Source of the DNA: a virus
Taxonomy: Duplodnaviria > Heunggongvirae > Uroviricota > Caudoviricetes
Direction: 5' to 3' (one strand)
IMG/VR virus record: IMGVR_UViG_2609460005_000007
DNA: 26,748 bases
Part shown: one piece after another, positions 1 through 11,468 of the stretch
Numbering within the stretch: position 1 is the stretch's first letter
How the letters are laid out: every line of letters begins with the position of its first letter
Position numbers and translations under genes: made by a program
Notes under the pieces: generated by a model
What the model saw: only the letters and a program-made list of their open reading frames with translations
The model's database searches: none
Told to the model about the DNA's origin: nothing

Positions 1-97
1 AATCATTGCTCATCGTGTTCTCTTGCCTGAACTAATAAAATATGATAGTACTCATCCTTAATTATTATTGTAACTCAGACATCCATGATTTTTATTA

Positions 98-1123
98 TTA
101 TCCAAATAGTTTTCTTTTATACTTATTTAATTTAAATTTAATGAAGTAAATAAAAGCGTTAAACGTATCACCATTTTTCTTTGCATGTTGATATTTCACT
201 TGATACTGCTTTTCATTCGTGGCTGGAATAAACGCCACATCATTCCAGCAAGAAGCCTGATAAGCCTCATTAAAATACTTCTGGCAGGGATAATTCGTCC
301 AGTCGTTCCAGGGCTTCGTTACGCCAACATAATGAATCAGCTTAGTATCATCGGTAATGGTCTTTTTATAATCTTCATCGCTTTTATTTTTTAACTCATA
401 GTCAATGCCATAAAAGCAATCATAATCGCTGCTAATAAAAATACAATGACCAAAGAACAGAATATTTAAAATATCCTGATCAAGGCATTTATACTTCGTG
501 TGCTGCGGGTCACTTGCCAGCATAGCAATGGCTTTATTCATAAAATCATTTTTCGCCCATGCTTCAAGCTGCAGATATACTACACCGGCGTTGAAATAAT
601 TCCCTGGAAGTCCCTCTATAGCCAGACGCTTCGCTGGTTTTTCCTGCATAAAAGGCACATCTTTAATAACAGCTGCGAACTTATCCTCATCAAAATTAAT
701 ATCAAGCAATCCAGCTAATGAGCCTTTACAGATGACATCAGCATCGATATATAACAGATTTTCAATAGTTTCACTCAAATACTGGAACGCAACTAAACGG
801 AAGAATGTTGCATAAGACCACTGTTTCAGGCTGGGGAAGATATCAATAAAGGCATTGGAGACTTTATAAATTATTACTTCAACGTTAGCATTTTTGCTGG
901 TAAAAGCATTAACACGTTGTAGATAATCTTCATCAATGTAGTCGGTAAAGAGATGAAACTTAACCGCAAGGTCCGGGTTATGCATAACAACTGATTGCAT
1001 AGATACTGCCGCACCAAATAAAAAGTTACGGTCAATACCGTAAGCGATATTTAACACACGATCGGTGTTAGCAATTTCCCCAGAGACAGCGACTTCAGTA
1101 ATACTCTCAGCTAATAAATCCAT
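98..1123 (-). CDS. waaW: GT8-family LPS outer-core glycosyltransferase, WaaW-like (alpha-1,2-galactosyltransferase of R1/R4 core types)
   Basis: 341-aa ORF, paralogous to the two GT8 ORFs at 1851-2846 and 2863-3879 (shared N-terminal YGID(R/K)NFL(F/Y)G block, DAD and DQD motifs, C-terminal HY(V/T)G(x)TKPW). Sits distal to waaY as in R1/R4 waa loci. AT-rich. Ortholog name is inferred from gene order only. Confidence 0.65.
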   Translation of the reverse strand: MDLLAESITEVAVSGEIANTDRVLNIAYGIDRNFLFGAAVSMQSVVMHNPDLAVKFHLFTDYIDEDYLQRVNAFTSKNANVEVIIYKVSNAFIDIFPSLKQWSYATFFRLVAFQYLSETIENLLYIDADVICKGSLAGLLDINFDEDKFAAVIKDVPFMQEKPAKRLAIEGLPGNYFNAGVVYLQLEAWAKNDFMNKAIAMLASDPQHTKYKCLDQDILNILFFGHCIFISSDYDCFYGIDYELKNKSDEDYKKTITDDTKLIHYVGVTKPWNDWTNYPCQKYFNEAYQASCWNDVAFIPATNEKQYQVKYQHAKKNGDTFNAFIYFIKFKLNKYKRKLFG

Positions 1124-1148
1124 GTTGGTTCCGTTTTGACTGTGTGGT

Positions 1149-1841
1149 TTACGCTTTGCCTTTTAATTTTTTAATAAATTTGCGTAGTTTGGTTCTGTAG
1201 ATTACTGAATAGTAGCCATAATCTTTTATTTCGTTGACAATACCCAGGTGACGTTCCATGGCCAGACGATCACGAGCTTTACGCTCTGCCGTACAGCTTT
1301 TACCGGATAGGTCAATTATCCTGACACCATCTTTACTAACGATAAAGTTACCCCGGTGTGGGTCGCCCGATAGCATATTTAAGGCATGCAATTTTTCCAT
1401 TGAAGCCTTAATTTCTGCTTTAACATTTTCTGGAATAATCGGCATATCATTGAGCTCTACGCCCTCGACATACTCGATAAGCATGATAAAAACACTAGCA
1501 TAGTTGAAAATTTTACGCTCAGCCAGAAAATAAAAATCATTAGGAAAAGTAAGACCTGCACTTCTGACACGATCGGTTTCAACGATCAAATTCTGATAGT
1601 AGTCACCTTTTACAAAAGATTTTAAAAAACGTTCATTCCTTTTCGTTTTCGGAGCAAAGACTTTAAAAACATAGCGACCATATTTCGTATCAATCAAAGA
1701 TACTTTGGTATCATCAATATTACGTAATACTTTTACTGTTTTAAAATTATAGGCCAGTATTTCATCAAAGATTTCTTTATATTTATTATCATTATCTTTG
1801 TAATAAAATGAGAAGCCGCGATAACGTATACTTGTAATCAT
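1149..1841 (-). CDS. waaY: LPS core heptose(II) kinase WaaY
   Basis: 230-aa ORF (K-12 WaaY is about 232 aa). Kinase-like catalytic loop DPHRGNFIV and DLSG (DFG-like) motif. Positioned between GT8 genes in the waa operon. Confidence 0.8.
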   Translation of the reverse strand: MITSIRYRGFSFYYKDNDNKYKEIFDEILAYNFKTVKVLRNIDDTKVSLIDTKYGRYVFKVFAPKTKRNERFLKSFVKGDYYQNLIVETDRVRSAGLTFPNDFYFLAERKIFNYASVFIMLIEYVEGVELNDMPIIPENVKAEIKASMEKLHALNMLSGDPHRGNFIVSKDGVRIIDLSGKSCTAERKARDRLAMERHLGIVNEIKDYGYYSVIYRTKLRKFIKKLKGKA

Positions 1842-1850
1842 AAGAGTAAT

Positions 1851-2846
1851 TTATTTCTTAAGCTTGTACTTAATTAATGAAGTTATGCCTTTTATATACT
1901 CACCATGGGCAAACAGATGCTTATATTGTTTCTGCATTTCTGCAACAGTCCGCGCCTCTTTAAGAGGATATTTCTTCCAGGGAGATTGTTCACGCGCGAT
2001 ATTAAAGTATGATGCAGACGGATATCCAGCCCAGCTATGCCATGGTTTAGTTATCCCTGTATAGTGAATCAACACTGTTTTATCGGTAATGGTTTGCTGA
2101 TACTTTCGATGACTACGATCATAAAGTTCGTTTTTCAGGGTATAAATAGTATCAAAATCCTTCGCAAGGTAGATATTATTCATATTAAATGCGATATTCA
2201 ACGCATCCTGATCTAAATATTTAAGAGAGCCATATTTAGTTTCCCCTCGTAAAAGTTTGAGTAAATACGGTGTCAAATTTGCTTCATGCCATTTTTTAAG
2301 ATTGACATAGATAACGCCTGCATTGAAATAACGTCCATTCATTTCGGGAATGTTGAGGCGTTTTGCACATGCCGCCTGAGTACTATCATTGTCAGGAATG
2401 ACCGCAGCAAACTCATCTTTAAATATAATTTCTGTGAGAGGTTTCAGGCTTCCTTTACAAACAACATCGGCATCCAGATACAGCAGTGTGGAAATACTTT
2501 CACTCAGATATTCAAAAGACAATACCCTGAAGTATGTCGCGTACGACCAAAACTGTGACGTCGGCAGATCAGCAAAGTATTTGGGGTCAATTAAATATAC
2601 AATAATTGAGGTATTAAATTGTTTTGCTGTTTCATTAAATGACTTTAAATAATCATCATCCACATAATCAGTGAAAACATGAAAGACAAAATTAATATCT
2701 GAATTATTAATCAAAACGGAAGAAATTGAAACGCCAGCACCATACAAAAAATTCTTATCGATACCGTAGGAAACATTTAGCTCTGGGGCGTTTTCTTTTT
2801 TATTATCTGCTAAATACGAAAACCGTTCTTTTATAAATTCATTCAT
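1851..2846 (-). CDS. waaT: GT8-family LPS outer-core glycosyltransferase, WaaT-like (alpha-1,2-galactosyltransferase)
   Basis: 331-aa ORF with GT8 motifs (YGIDKNFLYG, LDADVVC, LDQDALN). Second gene after waaP, immediately before waaY, as in R1/R4 order. Confidence 0.65.
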   Translation of the reverse strand: MNEFIKERFSYLADNKKENAPELNVSYGIDKNFLYGAGVSISSVLINNSDINFVFHVFTDYVDDDYLKSFNETAKQFNTSIIVYLIDPKYFADLPTSQFWSYATYFRVLSFEYLSESISTLLYLDADVVCKGSLKPLTEIIFKDEFAAVIPDNDSTQAACAKRLNIPEMNGRYFNAGVIYVNLKKWHEANLTPYLLKLLRGETKYGSLKYLDQDALNIAFNMNNIYLAKDFDTIYTLKNELYDRSHRKYQQTITDKTVLIHYTGITKPWHSWAGYPSASYFNIAREQSPWKKYPLKEARTVAEMQKQYKHLFAHGEYIKGITSLIKYKLKK

Positions 2847-2862
2847 TTAACTTTTCTCAATT

Positions 2863-3879
2863 TCATTTTATTATCTTTAAATAAAAATAATAAATATAAT
2901 TCATTATCCCGTTAATTGGTTTGTTTTGTTTAAAATTATGCTTGGCGCAATAACGAGCATAGTTTGAGTTAACTGGCCGCATTAACGGTTCATTTTTCCA
3001 GGGCGATGCTTCTTTGGCTTTGATAAAAGGTTGCGCACTTGGATAACCGGCCCAGTAATGCCAGGGTTTTGTCGGGCCGACATAATGAATTAATACGGTT
3101 TCATCATTAATTGGACAAACAAATGATTTTTTTAATTCATAATTTAAACTAAATTGCGTATTGTATTTAGCATCAATGAATTTAACTTTCCCTAACAGGA
3201 TAAGATTAAGGATATCTTGATCCATATAGGTTAAACGGGAAACGATGGCTTTATCAGCAAGCATCGACATCGCTTTAGCAGAAACGGACTCCTGCGCCCA
3301 CGCTAGTGTATTAATTAACAGGACACCTGAATTAAAGTAACCCTTTTCAAGTTCATTACACTGCAGACTTTGACCCCGTAACGACCACCAGTTAGCATCG
3401 CGTTCAGTAACAACAGCAGCAACGTTATTGGCAAGATCCATTGTTATCAGCGGCTTTAAGTTTCCCTGACAGGCGATATCAGCATCCAGGTAAAGGATCT
3501 TATCTTGTTGATCAATAAAGTAATCTGCAATTACAAAACGGAAATACATGGCAATAGACCAATTTTTGGTCGTCGGTAATGCCTTAAGCCGTTCACAATT
3601 TACTAGATGGATCTGGATACAGGTACGATAGCTTTTCGCCAATTGGGCTAAACGCTGGATATCGGCTTCAGGGATATCATCAATAAAAACGTGGAAAACA
3701 AAACTCACGTCGTTGTTATGTAACAAAACTGACGTGATTGAAACACCACAACCAAAAAGAAAGTTTTTATCAATGCCATAAGCAACATGGAATGATGATG
3801 CCACTGACGCCGCTGGCCTTTCATCGAAGATGATTGTCTTATTGATCATCTCTTGTGGATTAAAATAGTGGGCACTCAT
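2863..3879 (-). CDS. waaO: GT8-family LPS core alpha-1,3-glucosyltransferase WaaO (WaaI)-like
   Basis: 338-aa ORF with GT8 motifs (YGIDKNFLFG, LDADIAC, MDQDILN). Directly downstream of waaP with no waaS/waaB (GT4) between them, unlike K-12. Confidence 0.7.
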   Translation of the reverse strand: MSAHYFNPQEMINKTIIFDERPAASVASSFHVAYGIDKNFLFGCGVSITSVLLHNNDVSFVFHVFIDDIPEADIQRLAQLAKSYRTCIQIHLVNCERLKALPTTKNWSIAMYFRFVIADYFIDQQDKILYLDADIACQGNLKPLITMDLANNVAAVVTERDANWWSLRGQSLQCNELEKGYFNSGVLLINTLAWAQESVSAKAMSMLADKAIVSRLTYMDQDILNLILLGKVKFIDAKYNTQFSLNYELKKSFVCPINDETVLIHYVGPTKPWHYWAGYPSAQPFIKAKEASPWKNEPLMRPVNSNYARYCAKHNFKQNKPINGIMNYIYYFYLKIIK

Positions 3880-3894
3880 ATTTCTCTCCGGAAA

Positions 3895-4692
3895 TTACAA
3901 CGATTTTCGAATCGTTCTTTCCCTGATTTTTGTGGCTTTTGCTTCTGCTTGCGACAGCAGTCCTTGTTCCTGCTTGAGAATGTCTTTAAGCGGGGCGGCA
4001 AAATACACTTTCATAAACCGCCAGATATCCCGCTGAGTCAGGCCGATATTCATTGAAGAAAAATAAAGCCCTATAAGATCTTTATCGCGCCAACGACGTG
4101 GAACGCGCGTGCGAAGCTGCGCCCGGTGTAGGTCAATTACCGAAATTTTTAACTCCTCTTCCTTACCGGAAAAAGGCAAGTGCAGCAGGAAATGACAGAT
4201 ATAACAGTCACGGTGGTTAATGCCCGCAGCATGCATATCGCGCACCATCGTCGCGACACGCTTAATAAGCATACGCTTTACACGAACATCTGGAGGGTTA
4301 GTCGCCCAATCAGCACAGTAATCTTCCAGACTTATGGTTGGTGTCAGATCTTCGGTAATAATAAACGAGGTTCTGGTCAGCGGATTCATGCCTTTTTCGC
4401 CGAATGCCACCCCATACATAGTATCAACGCCGACATCCCGCAGTCGATGAATCGCATTCCATTCGCGGTCTGCGCCTAATACTGGCATCCGCAATGAGAG
4501 TAAATTTTTGATTATCTCTTTCAGGGTCGTGCCGCGATGCCATTTGAGAAAATAGCTTTTGCCCGCCATTTCAAAGCGCAGAGTACGGCGAGTTTCCAGT
4601 TCACGAAATACCTCACCCTGCAAGGTTTTAACTTCCTCAAAAGGATCTTTGCCGCGCCATAACGTGGCAAACGGCTCTTTAAGTTCAACCAT
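3895..4692 (-). CDS. waaP: LPS core heptose(I) kinase WaaP
   Basis: ORF 3895-4701; translation from the internal Met ([21 protein letters not shown]...) gives the 265-aa WaaP recalled for K-12. Kinase motif [11 protein letters not shown] and IDLHR. Start overlaps the waaG stop. Confidence 0.88.
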   Translation of the reverse strand: MVELKEPFATLWRGKDPFEEVKTLQGEVFRELETRRTLRFEMAGKSYFLKWHRGTTLKEIIKNLLSLRMPVLGADREWNAIHRLRDVGVDTMYGVAFGEKGMNPLTRTSFIITEDLTPTISLEDYCADWATNPPDVRVKRMLIKRVATMVRDMHAAGINHRDCYICHFLLHLPFSGKEEELKISVIDLHRAQLRTRVPRRWRDKDLIGLYFSSMNIGLTQRDIWRFMKVYFAAPLKDILKQEQGLLSQAEAKATKIRERTIRKSL

Positions 4693-5809
4693 CCAGACCA
4701 CCCGTTATGATATCCGCCGCTTTCTCTGGCAGACTGTATAAATCTTGTGTATCAGCATAATGTCGCGCATTTTCCGCCCAGGCCTGGCGCAATGAAGATT
4801 GCGTTAACGCTTTGCGTAAAATCTCATTCAATGTTTCCTGGCGGAATGGCTCAGCAATAGCCTCGCCGCAATTGGCGTCGACAATATAATGCGCATAGCC
4901 ACAAACGGCTGTTGTTAGTACCGGTAATCCTGCAGTAATCGCTTCCAGCAGCACAATTCCCGCCGCTTCCTGGTAGGCAGGATGCAGTAATAAATCCGCC
5001 GCCGCCATTAATTCCGAGACATCATTGCGCCCCGAGAAAAAGTGAACATTACTGCGCACGCCGCGTTTTTCTGCCAGCGCCTCAAATTTTCGCGGTTTAT
5101 CCTGCCCAACAACATATAGCAATGTGTTGTGGCGCAGCGAATCCGGTAACGAAGCAAGTGCTTCAATGGAACGATCGACACCTTTACGCGTGAAGTCTGA
5201 ACCGACCTGCAACAATAAATATTGTTGTTCGGTTATTCCATTCTTCTTACGGAATATTTCACGGCTATTGGCTGGCTGCTGGCTATATTTACGATCAGGA
5301 TAAATCCCCGGTGGCAGAATATGAAAACGCTCCGCTTCAGTCTGATAATGTTTCTGGAAATCGGCGATTTGCTTATCTGTCAGCATCAGCAGCTGTGTCG
5401 GCTTGCCCTGTTCGAAGGTTGCCCGCTCAAAGGCGGCATAATGGCGATAACGTGACGTCAGGCGATAGAAAAAGCCTTTCTCCTGCGCTACTTTCTCGGC
5501 ATAACAAACATCAGCGGCATAATAAACGTCCAGCCCCGGCATTTTGTTGAATCCAACGACTTTATCGACGGGATGTTCGCGTAAATGTTTTTGCACCCAG
5601 GTAAAATACTCCGCATTGCGCCCGTGATTGGTACGCGATTTAACCGGCACTTTGATCAGTTCAAATACATCAGGGCATTCGCCTTCCCACGACTGGGTAT
5701 AAACCCGAACATGATGACCTCGGGCGGCGACTGTCTGAGCAATACGCATAAAATCGCGCTGCAAACCGCCAAAGGGAAAATATTTATATAAACAAAAAGC
5801 AACGATCAT
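4685..5809 (-). CDS. waaG: LPS core alpha-1,3-glucosyltransferase I WaaG (GT4)
   Basis: 374-aa [23 protein letters not shown]..., same length and near-identical to K-12 WaaG as recalled. ATGA overlap with the waaQ stop. Confidence 0.93.
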   Translation of the reverse strand: MIVAFCLYKYFPFGGLQRDFMRIAQTVAARGHHVRVYTQSWEGECPDVFELIKVPVKSRTNHGRNAEYFTWVQKHLREHPVDKVVGFNKMPGLDVYYAADVCYAEKVAQEKGFFYRLTSRYRHYAAFERATFEQGKPTQLLMLTDKQIADFQKHYQTEAERFHILPPGIYPDRKYSQQPANSREIFRKKNGITEQQYLLLQVGSDFTRKGVDRSIEALASLPDSLRHNTLLYVVGQDKPRKFEALAEKRGVRSNVHFFSGRNDVSELMAAADLLLHPAYQEAAGIVLLEAITAGLPVLTTAVCGYAHYIVDANCGEAIAEPFRQETLNEILRKALTQSSLRQAWAENARHYADTQDLYSLPEKAADIITGGLDG

Positions 5810-6864
5810 AACGACGTACCTGTCGTGGAGGAGGGCAGTAATTTATCGACAGCAGCAATGACATCTGCCGCCGGAATAACCGAAAGATACATCTCATTTC
5901 GGTCACGCTGATCGCGCGTTGGCATTTCCCGGTAATCTCCCGCCCAGAATTGAATCATGTTATTTGACCAGGGACGCCAGAAAATATGATCTGTTGCGCC
6001 AAACAGCGATATCAGCGGCGTATTAACTGCAGCGGCAATATGCGCCGGTGCGGAATCAACGCCAATAAACAGCTGCGCATGATCGATTAACGCACCAAGT
6101 TCCGGGAAGGTCACCTTTCCAGCCAGCGCCGTTACTGGTGGCGTCTGGCATCCCTGCGCAATTTCATTGACGCAGGCCAGATCGTCTTTATCTGGGCCGG
6201 ACGTCAGAACGACTTCATAACCACGAGCATGTAAGGCATCAATCACAGCGGAAAACTTGGCGTTGTCCCAGCATTTGAAGATTTGCCGCGCCGTAGGTTG
6301 GATAACCACATAATTTTGTCCAACACCAGCGTGATCAAGTTCGCGACGCATACGTTTCCAGCTTGCAGGCGGGTAACTCATGGTTGTCTGCTTCACCAAC
6401 GAATCAAGTCCCAATGGTGTCAGCACGGATAAGTTACTTTCCACCACATTTCCACCCTGCAACGGCACCAAATGGGTGAAACTTTTACGCCAAAAAGCAG
6501 ACTGCCGATGATGATAATCCTGGGAAATTTTCACACGAGCATTTAATAAGCGAACCAGTATAGCAACCATCCATTGATCGGTAAGATTGACGATAAGGTC
6601 ATACTTATTGGCACGTAATACCTTGATGAGATGAAAAAAGTTGGCAATTTTTTCTGAGGCTTTTGCTTTTTTATTTTTTATGCCGTAGAGCGCGTTAATC
6701 TCTGGATTTTCAGACAGGATCGGGATGGTGTCCTGATAAAGCAGCACATCGATTTTTGCGTCAGGGTAATTTTTTTTCAGCGAACTAATGACGGGAGTAG
6801 TTAATAACATATCCCCATGAAAACGCATCTTAATGAGCAAAATTCTTCGAAATGGCTTATCCAC
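5806..6864 (-). CDS. waaQ: LPS core heptosyltransferase III WaaQ (GT9)
   Basis: 352-aa ORF. N-terminus RILLIKMRFHGDMLLTTPV resembles the heptosyltransferase N-terminal motif. First gene of the operon, downstream of the ops element. The start could instead be the internal Met 12 codons in. Confidence 0.85.
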   Translation of the reverse strand: MDKPFRRILLIKMRFHGDMLLTTPVISSLKKNYPDAKIDVLLYQDTIPILSENPEINALYGIKNKKAKASEKIANFFHLIKVLRANKYDLIVNLTDQWMVAILVRLLNARVKISQDYHHRQSAFWRKSFTHLVPLQGGNVVESNLSVLTPLGLDSLVKQTTMSYPPASWKRMRRELDHAGVGQNYVVIQPTARQIFKCWDNAKFSAVIDALHARGYEVVLTSGPDKDDLACVNEIAQGCQTPPVTALAGKVTFPELGALIDHAQLFIGVDSAPAHIAAAVNTPLISLFGATDHIFWRPWSNNMIQFWAGDYREMPTRDQRDRNEMYLSVIPAADVIAAVDKLLPSSTTGTSL

Positions 6865-6913
6865 AAGTAACTCTTTTTGTTGAGATTATCCGATTAAGGT
6901 GAAGCAGAAAAAG

Positions 6914-6925
6914 CACGCTACCGCC
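6914..6925 (-). promoter_or_regulatory. ops element (RfaH-dependent antitermination signal, core of the JUMPstart sequence) in the waaQ operon leader
   Basis: Minus strand reads GGCGGTAGCGTG, an exact match to the ops 12-mer, followed by CTTTTTCTGCTTCAC. Lies about 50 nt upstream of the waaQ start. Confidence 0.75.
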
Positions 6926-7276
6926 CCAGGCTCAACAGCTACCTGAATACTGATACCGCACTGATATTGACGCGCTAGTGTATCACTTCTTTCGCGGCAA
7001 TCCGACCCGAATGATTTTTAAGCACATTGTTGATTTTCAATAAAGAAATCAATCAAATAAAATCATTAGCAACCATATTCTTTCACTGTTGCTCTGCGAT
7101 TCCTTCCTGCACGTACAGCAGAAATCAATGAATCGCATAAAAATACAAAAAAAGTATAGATGTTCAGCAAGAATTGGCGGGTAAATTGCTATTTAAGTCA
7201 AAAACGGGAAAAGTAATGGTAAAGCCACAGCTAAATACATAGAATCCCCAGCACATCCATAAGTCAGCTATTTACT

Positions 7277-9041
<1,765 letters not shown>

Positions 9042-9048
9042 CGTTTAT

Positions 9049-9070
9049 GCCGGATGGTATGCCATCCGGC
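9049..9070. terminator. GC-rich hairpin between convergent coaD and mutM (possible bidirectional terminator or REP-like element)
   Basis: GCCGGATGG-(tatg)-CCATCCGGC perfect 9-bp stem. No strong U-tract on either side. Confidence 0.3.
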
Positions 9071-9079
9071 GCGCATGAA

Positions 9080-9889
9080 TTACTTCTGGCACTGCCGACA
9101 ATAAAACGTTGCCCGCTGCGCATGTTTAGTCGCCACAATCGGCGTACCGCACACCCGACACGGCTCGCCTTTTCGCCCGTAAACCTGCAATTCCTGAGCG
9201 AAATAGCCCGGTTTACCATCACTTTGCAGAAAATCTTTCAGCGTTGTACCACCCTGCTCAATCGAACGCAGCAACACCGCTTTAATCACCCGAGCTAACA
9301 ATTCACACTCTGCCAGCGACAGTGATGACGCCAGCCGATCCGGATGGATCCCCGCCGCAAACAGTGATTCGCTGGCATAGATATTCCCTACCCCTACCAC
9401 CAGCTTGTTATCCATCAGCCACGGTTTAATCGCCGTTTTTTTCTTCGCGCACTTCTGATGCAGATACTCACCATTGAAATCGTCGCTAAGCGGCTCCGGT
9501 CCAAGATGGGTCAGCACATTATGCCCTTCCAGCTCTTTGGTCCACAGCCAGGCACCAAAGCGGCGCGGATCGGTGTAGCGCAGCACTTTGCCGTTGCTCA
9601 TCACCAAATCCACATGGTCATGCTTTTCAGGGGGAAGTTCTTCTGGAAGGATGCGCAGGCTGCCAGACATCCCTAAATGAATGATAATCCAGCCCTCAGG
9701 CAGCTCCAGCAGCAGATATTTAGCCCGCCGCTGCACGCTAAGCACTGGTTGGTCGCTTAAACGGTAGATCTCTTCTGAAACCGGCCAGCGCAAGCGTCCG
9801 TTGCGCACCACTGCATGAAGAATGGTTGCACCAACGAGATGCGGTTCTATGCCGCGGCGGCTGGTTTCAACTTCGGGTAATTCAGGCAT
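9080..9889 (-). CDS. mutM: formamidopyrimidine-DNA glycosylase MutM/Fpg
   Basis: 269-aa ORF with N-terminal MPELPEVE (catalytic Pro2/Glu3) and C-terminal zinc finger CRVCGTPI...FYCRQCQ. Confidence 0.95.
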
Positions 9890-9940
9890 AGCATCTCCAG
9901 GAATGAACAGATGCAGTCAATATGGGGGCAAGCAGATAAC

Positions 9941-9969
9941 AAAAAACCCCGCCGGAGCGAGGTTTTTTG
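9941..9969 (-). terminator. intrinsic terminator downstream of rpmG
   Basis: On the minus-strand RNA: CCUCGC-uccg-GCGGGG (one G-U wobble) followed by U6. Lies between the rpmG stop and the mutM start. Confidence 0.5.
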
Positions 9970-9986
9970 TTACATCAAAGCGAGAA

Positions 9987-10157
<171 letters not shown>

Positions 10158-10174
10158 TTATTTCCTCTAAGTAC

Positions 10175-10432
<258 letters not shown>

Positions 10433-10627
10433 TTAGCTCGAGCTTCGTATGGGGTATTGGCGCCTCGTCAGGCTTTACAGCCCGGTCATCGCAGTTCTAT
10501 GTGAACTCTCGATTGCCAGGCCCAAATGCCAAACCCGAGATTCTCAAAGGTGGCGTAGTATACGCTGACTCAGCGATGTGCTCAAGTCCCGAACAGACAA
10601 AGATCCCGAAGGATCGCGCATAGCGGG

Positions 10628-11303
10628 TTAAATCCAGCCGCGTTCGGCAAAAGAAACATACTCTCCACGCCCAATCACGATATGGTCGAGCACGCGTAAA
10701 TCCATGAACTGACAACTCTTTATTATCCGTTCAGTAATGAGTTTATCCGCTTTACTGGGTTCAGCACAACCCGAAGGGTGATTATGTGCAAGGATCAGCG
10801 CCGAGGCGTTTATTTTTATCGCTTCGCGGATAATTTCCCGAGGATGGACTTCAACATGGTTTAGCGTGCCGGAAAAAAGACGGCTATGCGTTATAACCCG
10901 GTGTTGTGAGTCGAGAAAGATCACCATAAAGATCTCCCGCTCCTCACCCGTGAGCTGGCTTTGTAAAAATTCCCGCGTCATCTCCGGGCTGAGTAAAGGG
11001 CTTTCTTCACGCATCCGCACGTTGTAGTAACGTCGCGCCAGTTCAGCAATCCCCCTTTAACTGGGCAAATTTCGCCACGCCAATTCCATGAACGCCACTA
11101 AATTGTTCATATTCAGAGGTTAACAAGCCATAAAGAGAGCCGAAATTCTCCAGCATCTCTTTTGCCAGGGTTAATACATCTTTACCGCGCGTTCCGGTAC
11201 GCAGAAATAGCGCCAGCAGCTCGACATCCGTTAAGGCGCTAATACCAAACTTCAGCATTTTTTCGCGCGGCATCAACAGCTGTGAATTGTTTTTCACCTT
11301 CAC
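10628..11303 (-). pseudogene. yicR: radC/yicR (UPF0758 JAB/MPN-domain protein) interrupted by a +1 frameshift in a 5-nt homopolymer
   Basis: N-terminal ORF 11043-11303 (...[11 protein letters not shown]) and C-terminal ORF 10628-11020 (...RMREESPLL...HNHPSG...). They join into one about 222-aa YicR if one C is removed from the CCCCC run at 11051-11055 (plus strand), restoring ...[21 protein letters not shown]. Confidence 0.75.
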
Positions 11304-11468
11304 CTCCTTTGTGGTGCTCGCATCCTGTCATAGCCGTTTCGTTAAATCGACGGCCAGTTTTCAATCCTGGAAAGCGCCTCGCAAAGTGAATCTCAGGTGA
11401 AGGCACGACAACAAAAGTATTGTGATAAAATCGCCAACTTCTGGTGTCACCCTACAGGAAAAATCATC

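Noticed and set aside
1-97. Possible first codons of the next waa gene (waaV or waaX) on the minus strand at the 5' edge
   Set aside because: At most about 4 codons fall inside the window, too little to call a feature.
11397-11468. Upstream extension of coaBC (track start MKARQQKY...)
   Set aside because: The canonical CoaBC begins at MSLAGKK (11469). The extension reads through the divergent promoter region.
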